From: Chrysomallon squamiferum
Lineage: Eukaryota > Animalia > Mollusca
DNA length: 64,000 bases
NCBI GenBank assembly: GCA_012295275.1
Contig: CM022667.1
Span: forward strand, 17,670,001 to 17,734,000
Reading direction: 5' to 3'
Shown here: positions 41,690 to 51,927 of the stretch, in pieces
Numbering within the stretch: the stretch's first letter is position 1
Layout of the letters: every line of letters begins with the position of its first letter
Translations under genes and position numbers: made by a program
The notes under the pieces: model-generated
Told to the model about the DNA's origin: nothing
Databases searched by the model: none
The model's input: the letters and a program-made list of their open reading frames with translations, nothing else

Positions 41690-42611
41690 TATATAAATGC
41701 AAGCCAATATTATGAAGATAGCACTACAGAGGAAAAATTCATATTAAATTACATTTTCTTAATTTGTGGAATAACAATTGCCCTCTTTGGGCTTGTTGGA
41801 AACATCACTGCCATATTTGTGCTTTGTGGGAAACAGATGAATCCTGCATGAGTCTTCTTATTGTTCTAGAAATATTTGATAGTGGATTATTACTTTCTTT
41901 TTTGATAATTGAATACGTGCAAATATATTATTATGTAAATTTTTTTAAGCCCAATATTCTCAAGTCCAGCAAACAAATATTCCTAATTCCTGTTGCTGTT
42001 ACCAGTGAATGATACATTGCAGTTGTCAAACCTTTTCTTGTACATTCTTTATTTACAAAGTCTAACAGTGTAAAAATTATTGCTGGAATTACTTTATGGT
42101 CAATTTTTTACAATATTCCAAGATATATGGAATTCAGATTAGAAGAATCTTGGATTCCTGAAAATAATTTTACAATATATCAAGTTGCTGCAACAGCATT
42201 TGAAGATTCTCAGTTTTATACTCTTTACTACCTTGTTTGCATAAATAGTATATTTCATGATTTTTTTTTACCACTTTCATTACTCTTCCTAATGAGTTAC
42301 TCAATCATGAAAACTTTATGGCAAAGGAAACAAGACATTCTTGACACAGAGCAGTTCCTTCAGAAAATGACAGCAGTAGTAGCAGTGGTTTTTTATCTGT
42401 CAGTTATTTGGCATTGTTGAATTGTTTCTCCATGGGTAGCTGAAGAATGGATATTGTGTATGTACCCTATTCTGTAAAACTGTCTGTCTTTGAAATAAGT
42501 AGCTTAATAATCATGACAAATTCAGCTAGTAACTTTATAATGTTCTGTTTATTCAGAAAAAGATTCAGAAAAAACTTCATGGATTGTATTTGTAGGAAAT
42601 GCAGACATTAA
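41690..42611 (+). pseudogene. Pseudogene of the 36509 GPCR
   Basis: Fragments in shifting frames: ICGITIALFGLVGNITAIFVLCGKQM; VAVTSE*YIAVVKP (TGA at 42010-42012); GITLWSIFYNIPRY; KTLWQRKQ; FFICQLFG; TNSASNFIMFCLFRKRFR. It has stops, frameshifts, a deletion in the TM2-TM3 region and no start codon. Confidence 0.9.
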
Positions 42612-44623
42612 CTTAAACAATGTATTTTTTAATATTTATATGCTCAGATTGAGTTCCAGAAGAATGCAGAAGGAATATTTGAAAAGTACAGGTTTGGAGT
42701 AGATTCAGTTAGCAGTTAAGAGAAAATAAGTTAATGATGAAACTAACAATGGTTGATTACTACTTCATTAGTTAATAAAAACTATATATATTATATATAT
42801 TTCATTTTTCATTTAGCATCCTTGTAAATGTTGTACTTTGTAAGATTTTGTAAATAAGTGTGTTTTCCTCTGCACAGAATTTTGTATATTAACGTGACAT
42901 GAAGTTATTTTCAAATATATAATGGCATCATCCTCAATATTAGATGCAAAATAGTGTTTACTGTAGAAGAATGGAAAGGAAGTTTAGTAAAACCCATTAA
43001 TCATAAAAAGGTTTGAAAACATGATGAATTATTTCCCTTGTGAGTTTCCAGATTCTTGTGAGCACAGCCCACCAGTGTTTCAACAAGTTATGAATTATTT
43101 GGAAAATGGAAATGGAAAATGAATATCTTATATCACTGTGAATTAGCAGAGTCTATGGTTCAGTTTAGGTAAGGTGGTTACAAAACAAGTATTTGTTATG
43201 ATTCATCTTAATTTGTTGCCATTGCTGATCACAGAGTACTTCTAGTGTGAGCCTGCTTTGATCACTTGTATATGCAGTGTTTCATCAGAGGCCTTCTTTA
43301 AAGACTCCAAGACTTGGTAATGCAAATTGCAAATTAATGTGAATAATAATTAGATGCAAAAAACCAGTGATTAGAAATGTTGGTCATAAAGGCAATTATT
43401 TCAAATATTACTTATTTATTTTTTTGTCAAACATATACAATGTAATATTTAATACTCAAAATTGGCACATTTATCTGCCACACATTTAGATACAGAATTG
43501 ATATGTCAATTTAACCAGAGGTCTCACTACATATTATAAGAGATGGCAGGCCCGTTTATTTAATGAACTTTGTTTTCTATAATATATTAAAAAGACACTT
43601 TGATTTTATTTAATTGCAACAACAATAAACTTGTTAATAGTTAATGCATGTGATGCATTTATTTACAGGAATATATATGACAAACAACTAATTTGAACAT
43701 TGTTCAAAGTTCTTGTACCCTGAACATTTTCTGTACTATCCCTTTGTTTAACTTGCAACAGTTATGCCGATTTCTGCCATCCCTTTCACAAATGCTGGAC
43801 AGACCACTGTTTTAACATTTCATTTTATCATTATCTAACTTCACCTTTTGCTCTGAAACTCACTATATATCATTTTAAGCAAAATGTCAGTTTACTTATG
43901 GTATATTTGTAAATTAACATTATATTGTAAAAATATTTAATGGTGAGACAATAAACAGTGGAAAAATCCTCAACCATTTTATTGTTTATTTTTAATTGAT
44001 CTAAAACACCAATAAAATATAAAATTACAGAGTTTTAGTAATGAAATTTTCTTAATTATAATTAATTAGGTCAGACAGAATTGACAGACAAGAATACATT
44101 TGAAAGAAATTTAATTCTATTATTGAGCTCAATTTGTGCATGACCTATTGTTGCTAATACTAAAATGAGTTTTCTTTAACTTATTTAAGTAAATTACATA
44201 TCCATTATTCAATTATTATTTTTGTAACATTTACTTAATATAGGACAAGAATGTTAAATACCATGATGTTCTGTAATAAAAGAAATAATAATAACTGATC
44301 ATTTTCTGATTTCATTTTAAAACAATTTTTGGATTGGGTCATTTGATACCATGCAGTACTGATTGTTCTGTCAACTCAAAGTTATTTCTTACAAACACCT
44401 CAAGGAAAAATGTTAATATTTTCAAACAGAGCTAAATTTAGTTGAGTTCCCTTTAATGATCTCCGTCAGGTCATACTGTTAAACAGAAGTAAATGTAGTG
44501 TATGAGATGAGCTGATGTATGTACTGGCAGATGATATACATGGCTTACATACAGGGATGACATACATGGTCAAAAACATTTTTTGAACTACAATATCTAG
44601 TATAACAGAAAGGAAAAGCTTAC

Positions 44624-44777
44624 CCTGAAAACTGCTTTTCCTTTCTGGAATCCTTTTTATCATGAGATGATGAAGTAATCTGTCTACTGCTGGGCAGCTT
44701 TGACCTCTTTGTACGTCTTGACAAAGGTTTCCTCTTCTTAGATGAATCTGAACCACTTTCTTCAGTTTCATCCACAT
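44624..44777 (-). CDS. LRRCC1: LRRCC1-like coding exon 8 (low-complexity Ser/Lys/Arg linker)
   Basis: Acceptor tactacag|; DVDETEESGSDSSKKRKPLSRRTKRSKLPSSRQ...KEKQFS; donor GG|GTAAGC; 154 nt, phase 1 to 2. Confidence 0.75.
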
Positions 44778-45220
44778 CTGTAGTATACGTAGAAAGAACC
44801 ACTTACTTAATTACATTTGGTAAATAGTTGAACTGTATTTAATCTTAAAATATAGTAATCATACTTATTATAATGACATAAAATAGAACATTTACTAATT
44901 TAGAGAAAATTTATGTAATAATAACAAAAATATTCATCATCATCATTTCAAAGTACTGAAATAAGCATAATTGTGATATTTTAGTTAAATAATAGGATAG
45001 ATGATAATAAGAAATTAATTTTGTTAGATTATTTACATAGCCAATTATATTTACATAAAATCAATATTTTGTATTTATCAATGATGCCAGTTTAGCATCT
45101 AGCATTAGTTTATTTTTAAACAGGATTCAAAGGTCAGTGAACAAATTAAAACTATTTTTGACATAAATTTACTTGTTATTCTAACCATGATTATGGCTGT
45201 TTTGTTTGACAAGAAAGTAC

Positions 45221-45314
45221 CTCGTTTGGCAATGTCTTTTAACACTGGTTTAGAACACACTGCTGAATCTGACGAATGTTCTGTGCCTTCCAACTCCAAA
45301 TTCATTAGTCGTTG
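45221..45314 (-). CDS. LRRCC1: LRRCC1-like coding exon 7
   Basis: QRLMNLELEGTEHSSDSAVCSKPVLKDIAKR; acceptor tttaaatag| is weak; donor AG|GTACTT; 94 nt, phase 0 to 1. Confidence 0.68.
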
Positions 45315-45743
45315 CTATTTAAACATTTTTAAGAAATAATTGAAAATTAGTATTAAATATACGTTATTAAGCAGGAAGTCTACATATACAACTAAAAATA
45401 TAAAGTACAGGTCTTAGAAATGCAGATCATATGAGTTAGTTCTCATATCAGCTAGTTTCTGAAAAACATTCTCCCAAATCTATAAATGTGTGTGTGTGTG
45501 AGTGTGTGTTTGTGTGTGTATAACATATTTAAAACTGAAGTTTCCAGTTCATTTATAAACTCATGATTCATTCAATAATCAGAAAAAGACGTGTAAGTGA
45601 AAAATCCAAATTTATTAAAAAATAAGAATTACATGACAATGTTATATACACAAAAGACCCCCCCCCCAATAAACAAAGATTAAAAAAAAAAAATATGATG
45701 GATTTTCATATAATATAATCTATACATTATATTAATAATAAAA

Positions 45744-45746
<3 letters not shown>

Positions 45747-45819
<73 letters not shown>
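45747..45819. repeat. (AAT)n microsatellite
   Basis: Directly visible. Others at ~30361-30420, 32237-32286, 52635 and 58021; (TA)n at ~28340 and 51263; (TAG)n at ~62993-63036. Confidence 0.95.
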
Positions 45820-47458
45820 TACCAGCTAATTTAATTATTCTCAAAATAAGATAAATCAATGAATGATATTGTTTATAAAACAGATTACTGTTGTGATCAT
45901 AAAGAACATTCTGACATGAAACTATAGCCAGTGTCAAGAAACATTTCTATCAGAGAAGCAAGAATAACAGTACCTAAAATTATGAATAAGTTTGACCTCC
46001 ATATATTACATTTTCTTTGGGAAATATCTTAAGGACAAATTTTTAATAAGTTTGGGTTTCATCTTTCTGATTTTTGTCAAATGCAGAGTTGCCCTGCAGG
46101 CTTATTAATAATGTGATGTGTAATTTTAATCATAACAGAAAGAGATACATTTAAATAATAATAATAATAATAATAAAGTAATTTTACTGGATCCTTCATT
46201 TCAGAAGATGTCACCAGTGTGATATGGCAAATAGAAAACAATGGAAATAAGATTATTGCCACTGATATTAAAAATAAAAAATAAAAAATAGAACTCTGAG
46301 AAATGCATAATTTGATACATTTTCAAATTTTAAACAATATCTTTTTATTTCTTTAAAGAATTTTGTTGATCACTTAAAATTGTAATTAATTTTATATTTT
46401 GTTTTTCTCATTTTTAATTTTTTTAATATTATTATGTTTCATAATAGAATTATGACAGTTAATATAAAAAAAATAACACCTGTTGATTTTTTTAAATTAC
46501 ATCAGTTAGAAGGTAATTACAAAAATCATATGTTATGCCCAGAAGACAAACTATTAATTTCAAATTACAGGAATTTATAATTGATTTTTATAAAATAGCC
46601 TAATTCTTTTTCGAAGCATGCTGGTTTTTTTTTTTTTCAGGGGGGGGGTTTCACTTTGAATTCTCATTTTCTATCCAAATGGCTAATAAAATATCTGTGC
46701 TCAATAATAAAAATAATTCTAAAGTATAAAAAGTTTTATGCATCAGGTAGTTTACATTCTATTCCATCTACTTAAACATTATGGAAACAGTAACCAAAGC
46801 TTTATTTTTTTTATTTAAAATCACAAAATTATATAATATATATAAATAGAATATAATATTTATGCTGTAAATGATATATTTAACATCACACAGTGTCAAG
46901 TTATTTTTCTCTAAATAAAATGATAATTTTAAAAAGTAATATTTAAACTAACATACATATTAAGCTGGGAAATAAGCATTTGAATATATCTTACAGAAAA
47001 TATCTGAATGATATTTATTGATGTCAGAATAAAATAATTAAAATGACAGAATTACTTCCTCAAATCTACAGCAATTTTTAATATGATTGTATTCTGTAAG
47101 TTTTTAAAACACTAATTGGAAAGCAACACTGTCAGTTTATAACAGATATGCAATATGTGCTTTAATAAAAAAAAAAAATCAATTTTTTAATTACTTTAAT
47201 TCATGAGCTGAAGTTATAATGGGAAAATAAAAAACATTATCTGTGTGTGTGTGTGTGTGTAAATGGTCAGCAAACTACAAATTACTAAACCTGTAACAAG
47301 TACATGTCTGTTAATTTGCTTCAGTTTAACAATTTTTGTTATTGTTTTAAAAACTTAAAATGTTTTCACATGAATTAAAATCAACTGTATTTGTTTATGA
47401 CCAATCAATTTTATAAATTTATGTATATTAAAAACAAAAAAGAAGAGACATGAATTAC

Positions 47459-47545
47459 CTGCTGTTTCAGGACAAGTCCTGATAACTGGTTTTCTAAAAA
47501 CTGAAGTCGCACATCATAATCTTCAGATACTTTAATATCTACTTT
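47459..47545 (-). CDS. LRRCC1: LRRCC1-like coding exon 6 (short coiled-coil segment)
   Basis: Acceptor ttcttctttcag|; KVDIKVSEDYDVRLQFLENQLSGLVLKQQ; donor CAG|GTAATT; 87 nt, phase 0 to 0. Confidence 0.8.
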
Positions 47546-47954
47546 CTGAAAGAAGAATGTACATGTGTATTCAGTTATGTGCATACATATACACATACAG
47601 ATGTACAACATGCATAAATACTCATAAACTGTTGTTATGTAACTGGTGCAACAACAAAAAAGAAGAAAAATGGAACAGAACACATGTAATTTCAATATTT
47701 ACTTTTCTTTACAAACACTTTATCATGAATTGTTTTGAAGAGAGGTAACTACTTCAAAAAGTTTTGAATAAAAGCTCAGGGAGATTTTGAGGTGATTTAC
47801 TGTTATTTTGTGACGTTTATTTTAACTTTATTTATTAAGTTTTCTAATCAACAATCACATCTATACAGATAAATAAAAACTCTGCAACAATGGTATAAAT
47901 AAGACAAGAGTAAATTATAAATATACAAGTTTCAGAAATATAATGACAAACTTT

Positions 47955-48330
47955 CAACAAATTCAATGACTGTGATTCATGAGTATCATTAATAACTAAT
48001 TTTAATAATTTGAGAAGGACTTGACTCACTCAGTTATCTAGGTAACGAATATCTTGAGAAGGATGCATGTCACTATGTTGGCTAGACAATTAATTAAATG
48101 ATTAAGATTCATTAGTGCCTGTTATAACTTACCTTAATATTTTGATAAGGATGCATGTCACTAGAGTGTCTATGCAAGAAATTTGGTGATAAAGATTCAT
48201 TAGTACCTGTAATAACTAGCTATAATACTTTGAGAAGGATGCATGTCACTATGTTATACAGACAACTAATTCAATGACCAATTCATGAGTAGCTATAGTA
48301 ACTAACCTTAACACTGTGACATCCAGACAA
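47955..48330. repeat. Diverged ~88-bp tandem repeat (3-4 copies) at the LRRCC1 exon 5 donor
   Basis: AAGGATGCATGTCACTA recurs at ~48059, ~48147 and ~48235, with GATTCATTAGT/ATTCATGAGT...TAACT in each unit. Confidence 0.8.
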
Positions 48331-48456
48331 TTGGCTCTGTTCAGGGTCAGTTGATGAAGCAGTATTACTTCTTTCTATTGACTGAGCACAGCGATGTTTA
48401 AAAGCTGCAATTGCTTCATCTATTTTGGGTGTAATTACCTTTTCAAAATTCACATC
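48307..48456 (-). CDS. LRRCC1: LRRCC1-like coding exon 5
   Basis: 150 nt open; DVNFEKVITPKIDEAIAAFKHRCAQSIERSNTASSTDPEQSQLSGCHSVK; donor AG|GTTAGT; phase 0 to 0. Confidence 0.78.
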
Positions 48457-48902
48457 CTATCCATAAACAAAGGAAAACTCACATAAGACAATCCTAGCTT
48501 ACATCTTAACACTGGCAAAAAATATTGCAGAACACAAAAATGAATGTTGAAAATTTAACAACTGATAAGTTTTTTTTATAAATTTATATATTTTTTACTC
48601 ATTTTGGCTATATATATACAAAATACCAGTTATGTCAAAATTGTTGAGTGGTTTTGTATCATGAGTGCTTTATTTTTCTCTTTTGTAGACAATTCTTGAT
48701 AATTCAACAAGGCATTATTAAAAAGCAGCCTGTAAAGTTAACTTTAACACAAATATTACTCAATATTACTAAAAATCCTCATTTTGAAAAATATAGGCAG
48801 GTTTGATTATTGATTGAAAGTCATCATTTACTTTGCTTTAATAAAAAATATAATAAATGGTGTAGTTTCACTGCTATGTTAAAAACATTATGCTATACTT
48901 AC

Positions 48903-48946
48903 TGAACTTCCATTTGATATGAGGTAATCCACATATTCCTCTAAAC
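48903..48946 (-). CDS. LRRCC1: LRRCC1-like coding exon 4 (44-nt small exon)
   Basis: Acceptor ttttattgtag|; GLEEYVDYLISNGSS; donor CA|GTAAGT; phase 1 to 0, which is needed to keep the frame. Confidence 0.8.
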
Positions 48947-49107
48947 CTACAATAAAAAGTTATTTTCTCAATTAAATTTTTATAATTAAAGACCTATATA
49001 ACCAACTAACACAGAATATTATAATTTTCAAACATTTTCTCTTATCAATATGTTTGATAAATTAAATATATTTCCTTCAAAATTAAAACTGAGATATTAA
49101 TTCTTAC

Positions 49108-49215
49108 CTGGAATATCAGCTAAAATATCTGAAGAAGATAACGGTTGACCAATGCGATCTCTTCCATCTAGATACTGAAGTTGTGGTAATCCAGTTATAA
49201 TTATTTTGTCATAGT
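49108..49215 (-). CDS. LRRCC1: LRRCC1-like coding exon 3 (LRRcap)
   Basis: Acceptor ttttcag|; DYDKIIITGLPQLQYLDGRDRIGQPLSSSDILADIP (LRRcap motif Y...LPQL..LD); donor AG|GTAAGA; 108 nt, phase 1 to 1. Confidence 0.88.
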
Positions 49216-49436
49216 CTGAAAAATACAGATAAATAGATATAATAACAACAACAACAACAATGAAATAATCTAATACAATATCTGATAGTTAATTATAGAA
49301 AAAATACCAAAATATCAAATATAACCAACTGTTATTATTCTAAGTGTAATGGTGGAAATAATTCAGTAGATTTTTTTAATCTTACAATAAGACTGTTAAG
49401 TATTACATTATTTCAAATTTATTTTAACATTCAAAC

Positions 49437-49654
49437 CTTTCTGTCGACACACTGGATTTACTGATCCATCCTGCTTCAGAATAAGTTTCCTCAGATTGAC
49501 GCAGCCTGACAGGGCCTGGATTACATTATCTGTTGATTTGATCTTATTGCCATGAACTTCTAAATGTGAAAGTCTGTACACTGATCCAGAGAGACACTGA
49601 AGCCCTCTCAAATCTTCTATCTGATTGTAACTCAGATTAAGCTTGACTAGTGAT
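49437..49654 (-). CDS. LRRCC1: LRRCC1-like coding exon 2
   Basis: Acceptor ttttcattcag|; RSLVKLNLSYNQIEDLRGL...LEVHGNKI...LRKLILKQDGSVNPVCRQK; donor AG|GTTTGA; phase 2 in, phase 1 out, matching both neighbours. Confidence 0.88.
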
Positions 49655-49947
49655 CTGAATGAAAAGGTTAATAAAATTTTATATATACACATACAGACTA
49701 TTTCAACCATAAATCTGCTACACAGCAAAACTAAAACTATGTAGTTGTGGCTTAAAAACTATTTAACACTAGAATTTTTCAGTCTAGCATTTTAAATTCA
49801 TTAAATATATTTTTGTTATTTAAACAGGGTTAACACAAGCAAAACAGTTAAGACATAAACAATTTGACAGCAATCAGTTTTTATATTATTTACCAATGTT
49901 ATTATTTGTTTATATATTTTTTTTAAATTAAAATACAATATGCTGAC

Positions 49948-50231
49948 CTGAGTGACAATCCCCTGATATGGACAATAAGATTACATGATAGATTTAGTGT
50001 ACGCAGAGATGTCAAATTATCAAGGCCTTCTATCTGTGATATTTGGTTGGATGATAAGTCAAGGTGATGAAGCTGTCTCAGATGGTCGAGATTCTCTATT
50101 TTCTTAATGTAATTGCTGTGAAGATTCAGTGTTACTAGATGAGGCCGCAGTGGCACATCTTTCAGAGAACATATTCCAGAGTCAATTAAACACAGCTCTG
50201 TAGACTCAAGGTCTATTATTCCTGATGCCAT
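49948..50231 (-). CDS. LRRCC1: LRRCC1-like (leucine-rich repeat and coiled-coil protein 1), coding exon 1
   Basis: MASGIIDLESTELCLIDSGICSL... with SDS22-type LRRs (LNLHSNYIKKIENL, LDLSSNQISQIEGL, LNLSCNLI). Acceptor ttttatag| opens the exon at 50265, upstream of the ATG; donor AG|GTCAGC; phase 2. Confidence 0.88.
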
Positions 50232-50349
50232 CTCATATCTTCAAATTAAACACCTCTATCTAGTCCTATAAAAATTAGATAATAATTATCATTATGCTTT
50301 ATTATAAAGTTTATATTATTTTACACTGTATAATTTATTTAAAATATGG

Positions 50350-51210
50350 AACGTCAAATTCCGTTAATAATCATACTTCATATTATTAGGTATATTATAA
50401 TAACAATAAATTTACGTCAATTTTTGATATTATAACTGTAGTATGAATGTATAACTTTCAGGAACTGATGCGAATGATGATGCAGACGTCATAACATTAA
50501 TTAAGTTTAACTCGTATACTACGGTGTAGTATGATTAGTTCAATATAAAAGAAAGTGACAGGGTCATGGAATATTTGGGACAAGTTAGCTGATAGTTAAC
50601 TGTCATTTAATTAACCTATATCGTAATAAAATATTTACCATGCAAATAAAAAATCATGTTGATCATGTTTTCGCTACTCCGAGTGCTGCAAGTTTACACT
50701 TGCCGCGGTTGAAAAGAAAGTTGTTACCGTAAATGAAACTCAAAGTTTACCTGCCAGCATTTAGGTGGCGGGAACAAAATATCAATAATATATTCTATTT
50801 TGATATTTATAGATCATTTAAAGCGACATATTTCTTTTTAACAATTGGTATCGTAGAAGAAATGTTGATTAAACATAATAAATTGTAAATATTACGACAA
50901 ACAAAACATCACCTAGACTGATAGCTAGTTCACAGTTAATTTAGTTGTTCGATTCTCTTTACTGCAGCGTAGCAACAAATAATAATATTATGTCAAAATT
51001 CTATTTCCTTATTTTTCACATAGGTATGCAGATTGATCAGACGTAGAAAACTGCCACGCCTTTCGAAGCAAAGGAAGTGCATAATGTTGTAATAATACAA
51101 GGTGAAATAATTCAAGTATTTCTTAAAAAACAAATTTTATGCATAATATAAATTGTCAAAACGACTTAACAGTGATTGACAGTCTGTATGAATATTTATA
51201 ATTATTACGA
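50350..51210. promoter_or_regulatory. CpG-retaining bidirectional promoter region between LRRCC1-like (-) and the PY-motif gene (+)
   Basis: Local CpG cluster in CpG-poor surroundings; divergent genes; minus-strand donor TG|GTAAAT at 50638 for an LRRCC1 5' UTR exon; candidate plus-strand UTR exon 51024-51101; E2F-like GGCGGGA at 50767-50773. Confidence 0.6.
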
Positions 51211-51259
51211 AAATTGTAACAAAGTGAAAATAAAATTATTTCTTCATTTCTTTATTAAA

Positions 51260-51308
<49 letters not shown>

Positions 51309-51381
51309 CTTAATTTATTTATTTCCATTGACTAGGGTATAGCAAACAATTAGTTGGTGAACTGTTTTAGTGAATACAGCA

Positions 51382-51927
51382 ATGAATGAACAGTCAATCT
51401 GGAACAAACTGACATCAAAATTTCAGAAATGGTACAATGTTACCAAAAATGTGCTGGAACCTCCCATGGAATACTCTTCAAACTCTGAGGAATTTACAAA
51501 CATACCATTTGTTTTTCACCCGTTTGGTCGCTTTGCTTCTTCATATCGGCCAAACTGTCTTCCAGAATACAACTACAGTGCTATATTGAATGGAGATGAA
51601 GGACCAGAAAATTATTCTTCAGAATGCTGGTTAGAAGAACGCTTAGACTGGTTTTCTCCCCATATTGACTACAACAGAAGTGAAACTCTCTGTGCTGATG
51701 AACCAGACAGTTACAGTGTGGATGAAAATATTTTCTCAGCTCCGTGTTTAACAAGTTCTGATTATATAAATTTCTACCAGAATGAAATAGAACAGCCACC
51801 ACCATACATAGATGAACCCCCACCGACGTATGAAGAGGCTACAAGAATATGTCAAGCAGTTTCCAGAAAGTTTTCTTCTACTTGCTGTTTGACACAAGTG
51901 GACCATGTTTCAGAATGGATGTGGTGA
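51382..51927 (+). CDS. Uncharacterised 181-aa protein with PY motifs (LPEY, PPPY, PPTY)
   Basis: Long non-repetitive ORF with raised GC. First ATG at 51382, with an in-frame TGA at 51358. Acceptor tttccattgactag| at 51334. C-terminal PPPYIDEPPPTYEEA. No family recognised. Confidence 0.75.
   Translation: MNEQSIWNKLTSKFQKWYNVTKNVLEPPMEYSSNSEEFTNIPFVFHPFGRFASSYRPNCLPEYNYSAILNGDEGPENYSSECWLEERLDWFSPHIDYNRSETLCADEPDSYSVDENIFSAPCLTSSDYINFYQNEIEQPPPYIDEPPPTYEEATRICQAVSRKFSSTCCLTQVDHVSEWMW

Noticed and set aside
42010-42012. TGA in the third GPCR as selenocysteine or read-through
   Set aside because: Additional frameshifts, stops and deletions show ordinary pseudogenisation.
43233-43325. Minus-strand peptide HYQVLESLKKASDETLHIQVIK, faintly PDZ-like
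   Set aside because: Too short, no convincing splice sites and no other PDZ elements; likely chance.
43704-43806. Possible terminal exon for a truncated LRR-only LRRCC1 (GGLSSICERD...VQEL*)
   Set aside because: In phase, but the acceptor lacks a pyrimidine tract and the peptide has no LRRCC1 resemblance. The exon at 17261-17138 fits far better. It could at most be a minor isoform.
44466-44777. 103-aa ORF MWMKLKKVV...
   Set aside because: Alternative frame overlapping LRRCC1 exon 8; splice phases select the DVDETEE frame.
48050-48260. CRISPR-like appearance of the recurring AAGGATGCATGTCACTA
   Set aside because: The 'spacers' are homologous to each other, the context is a eukaryotic intron and no cas genes are present; it is a diverged tandem repeat.
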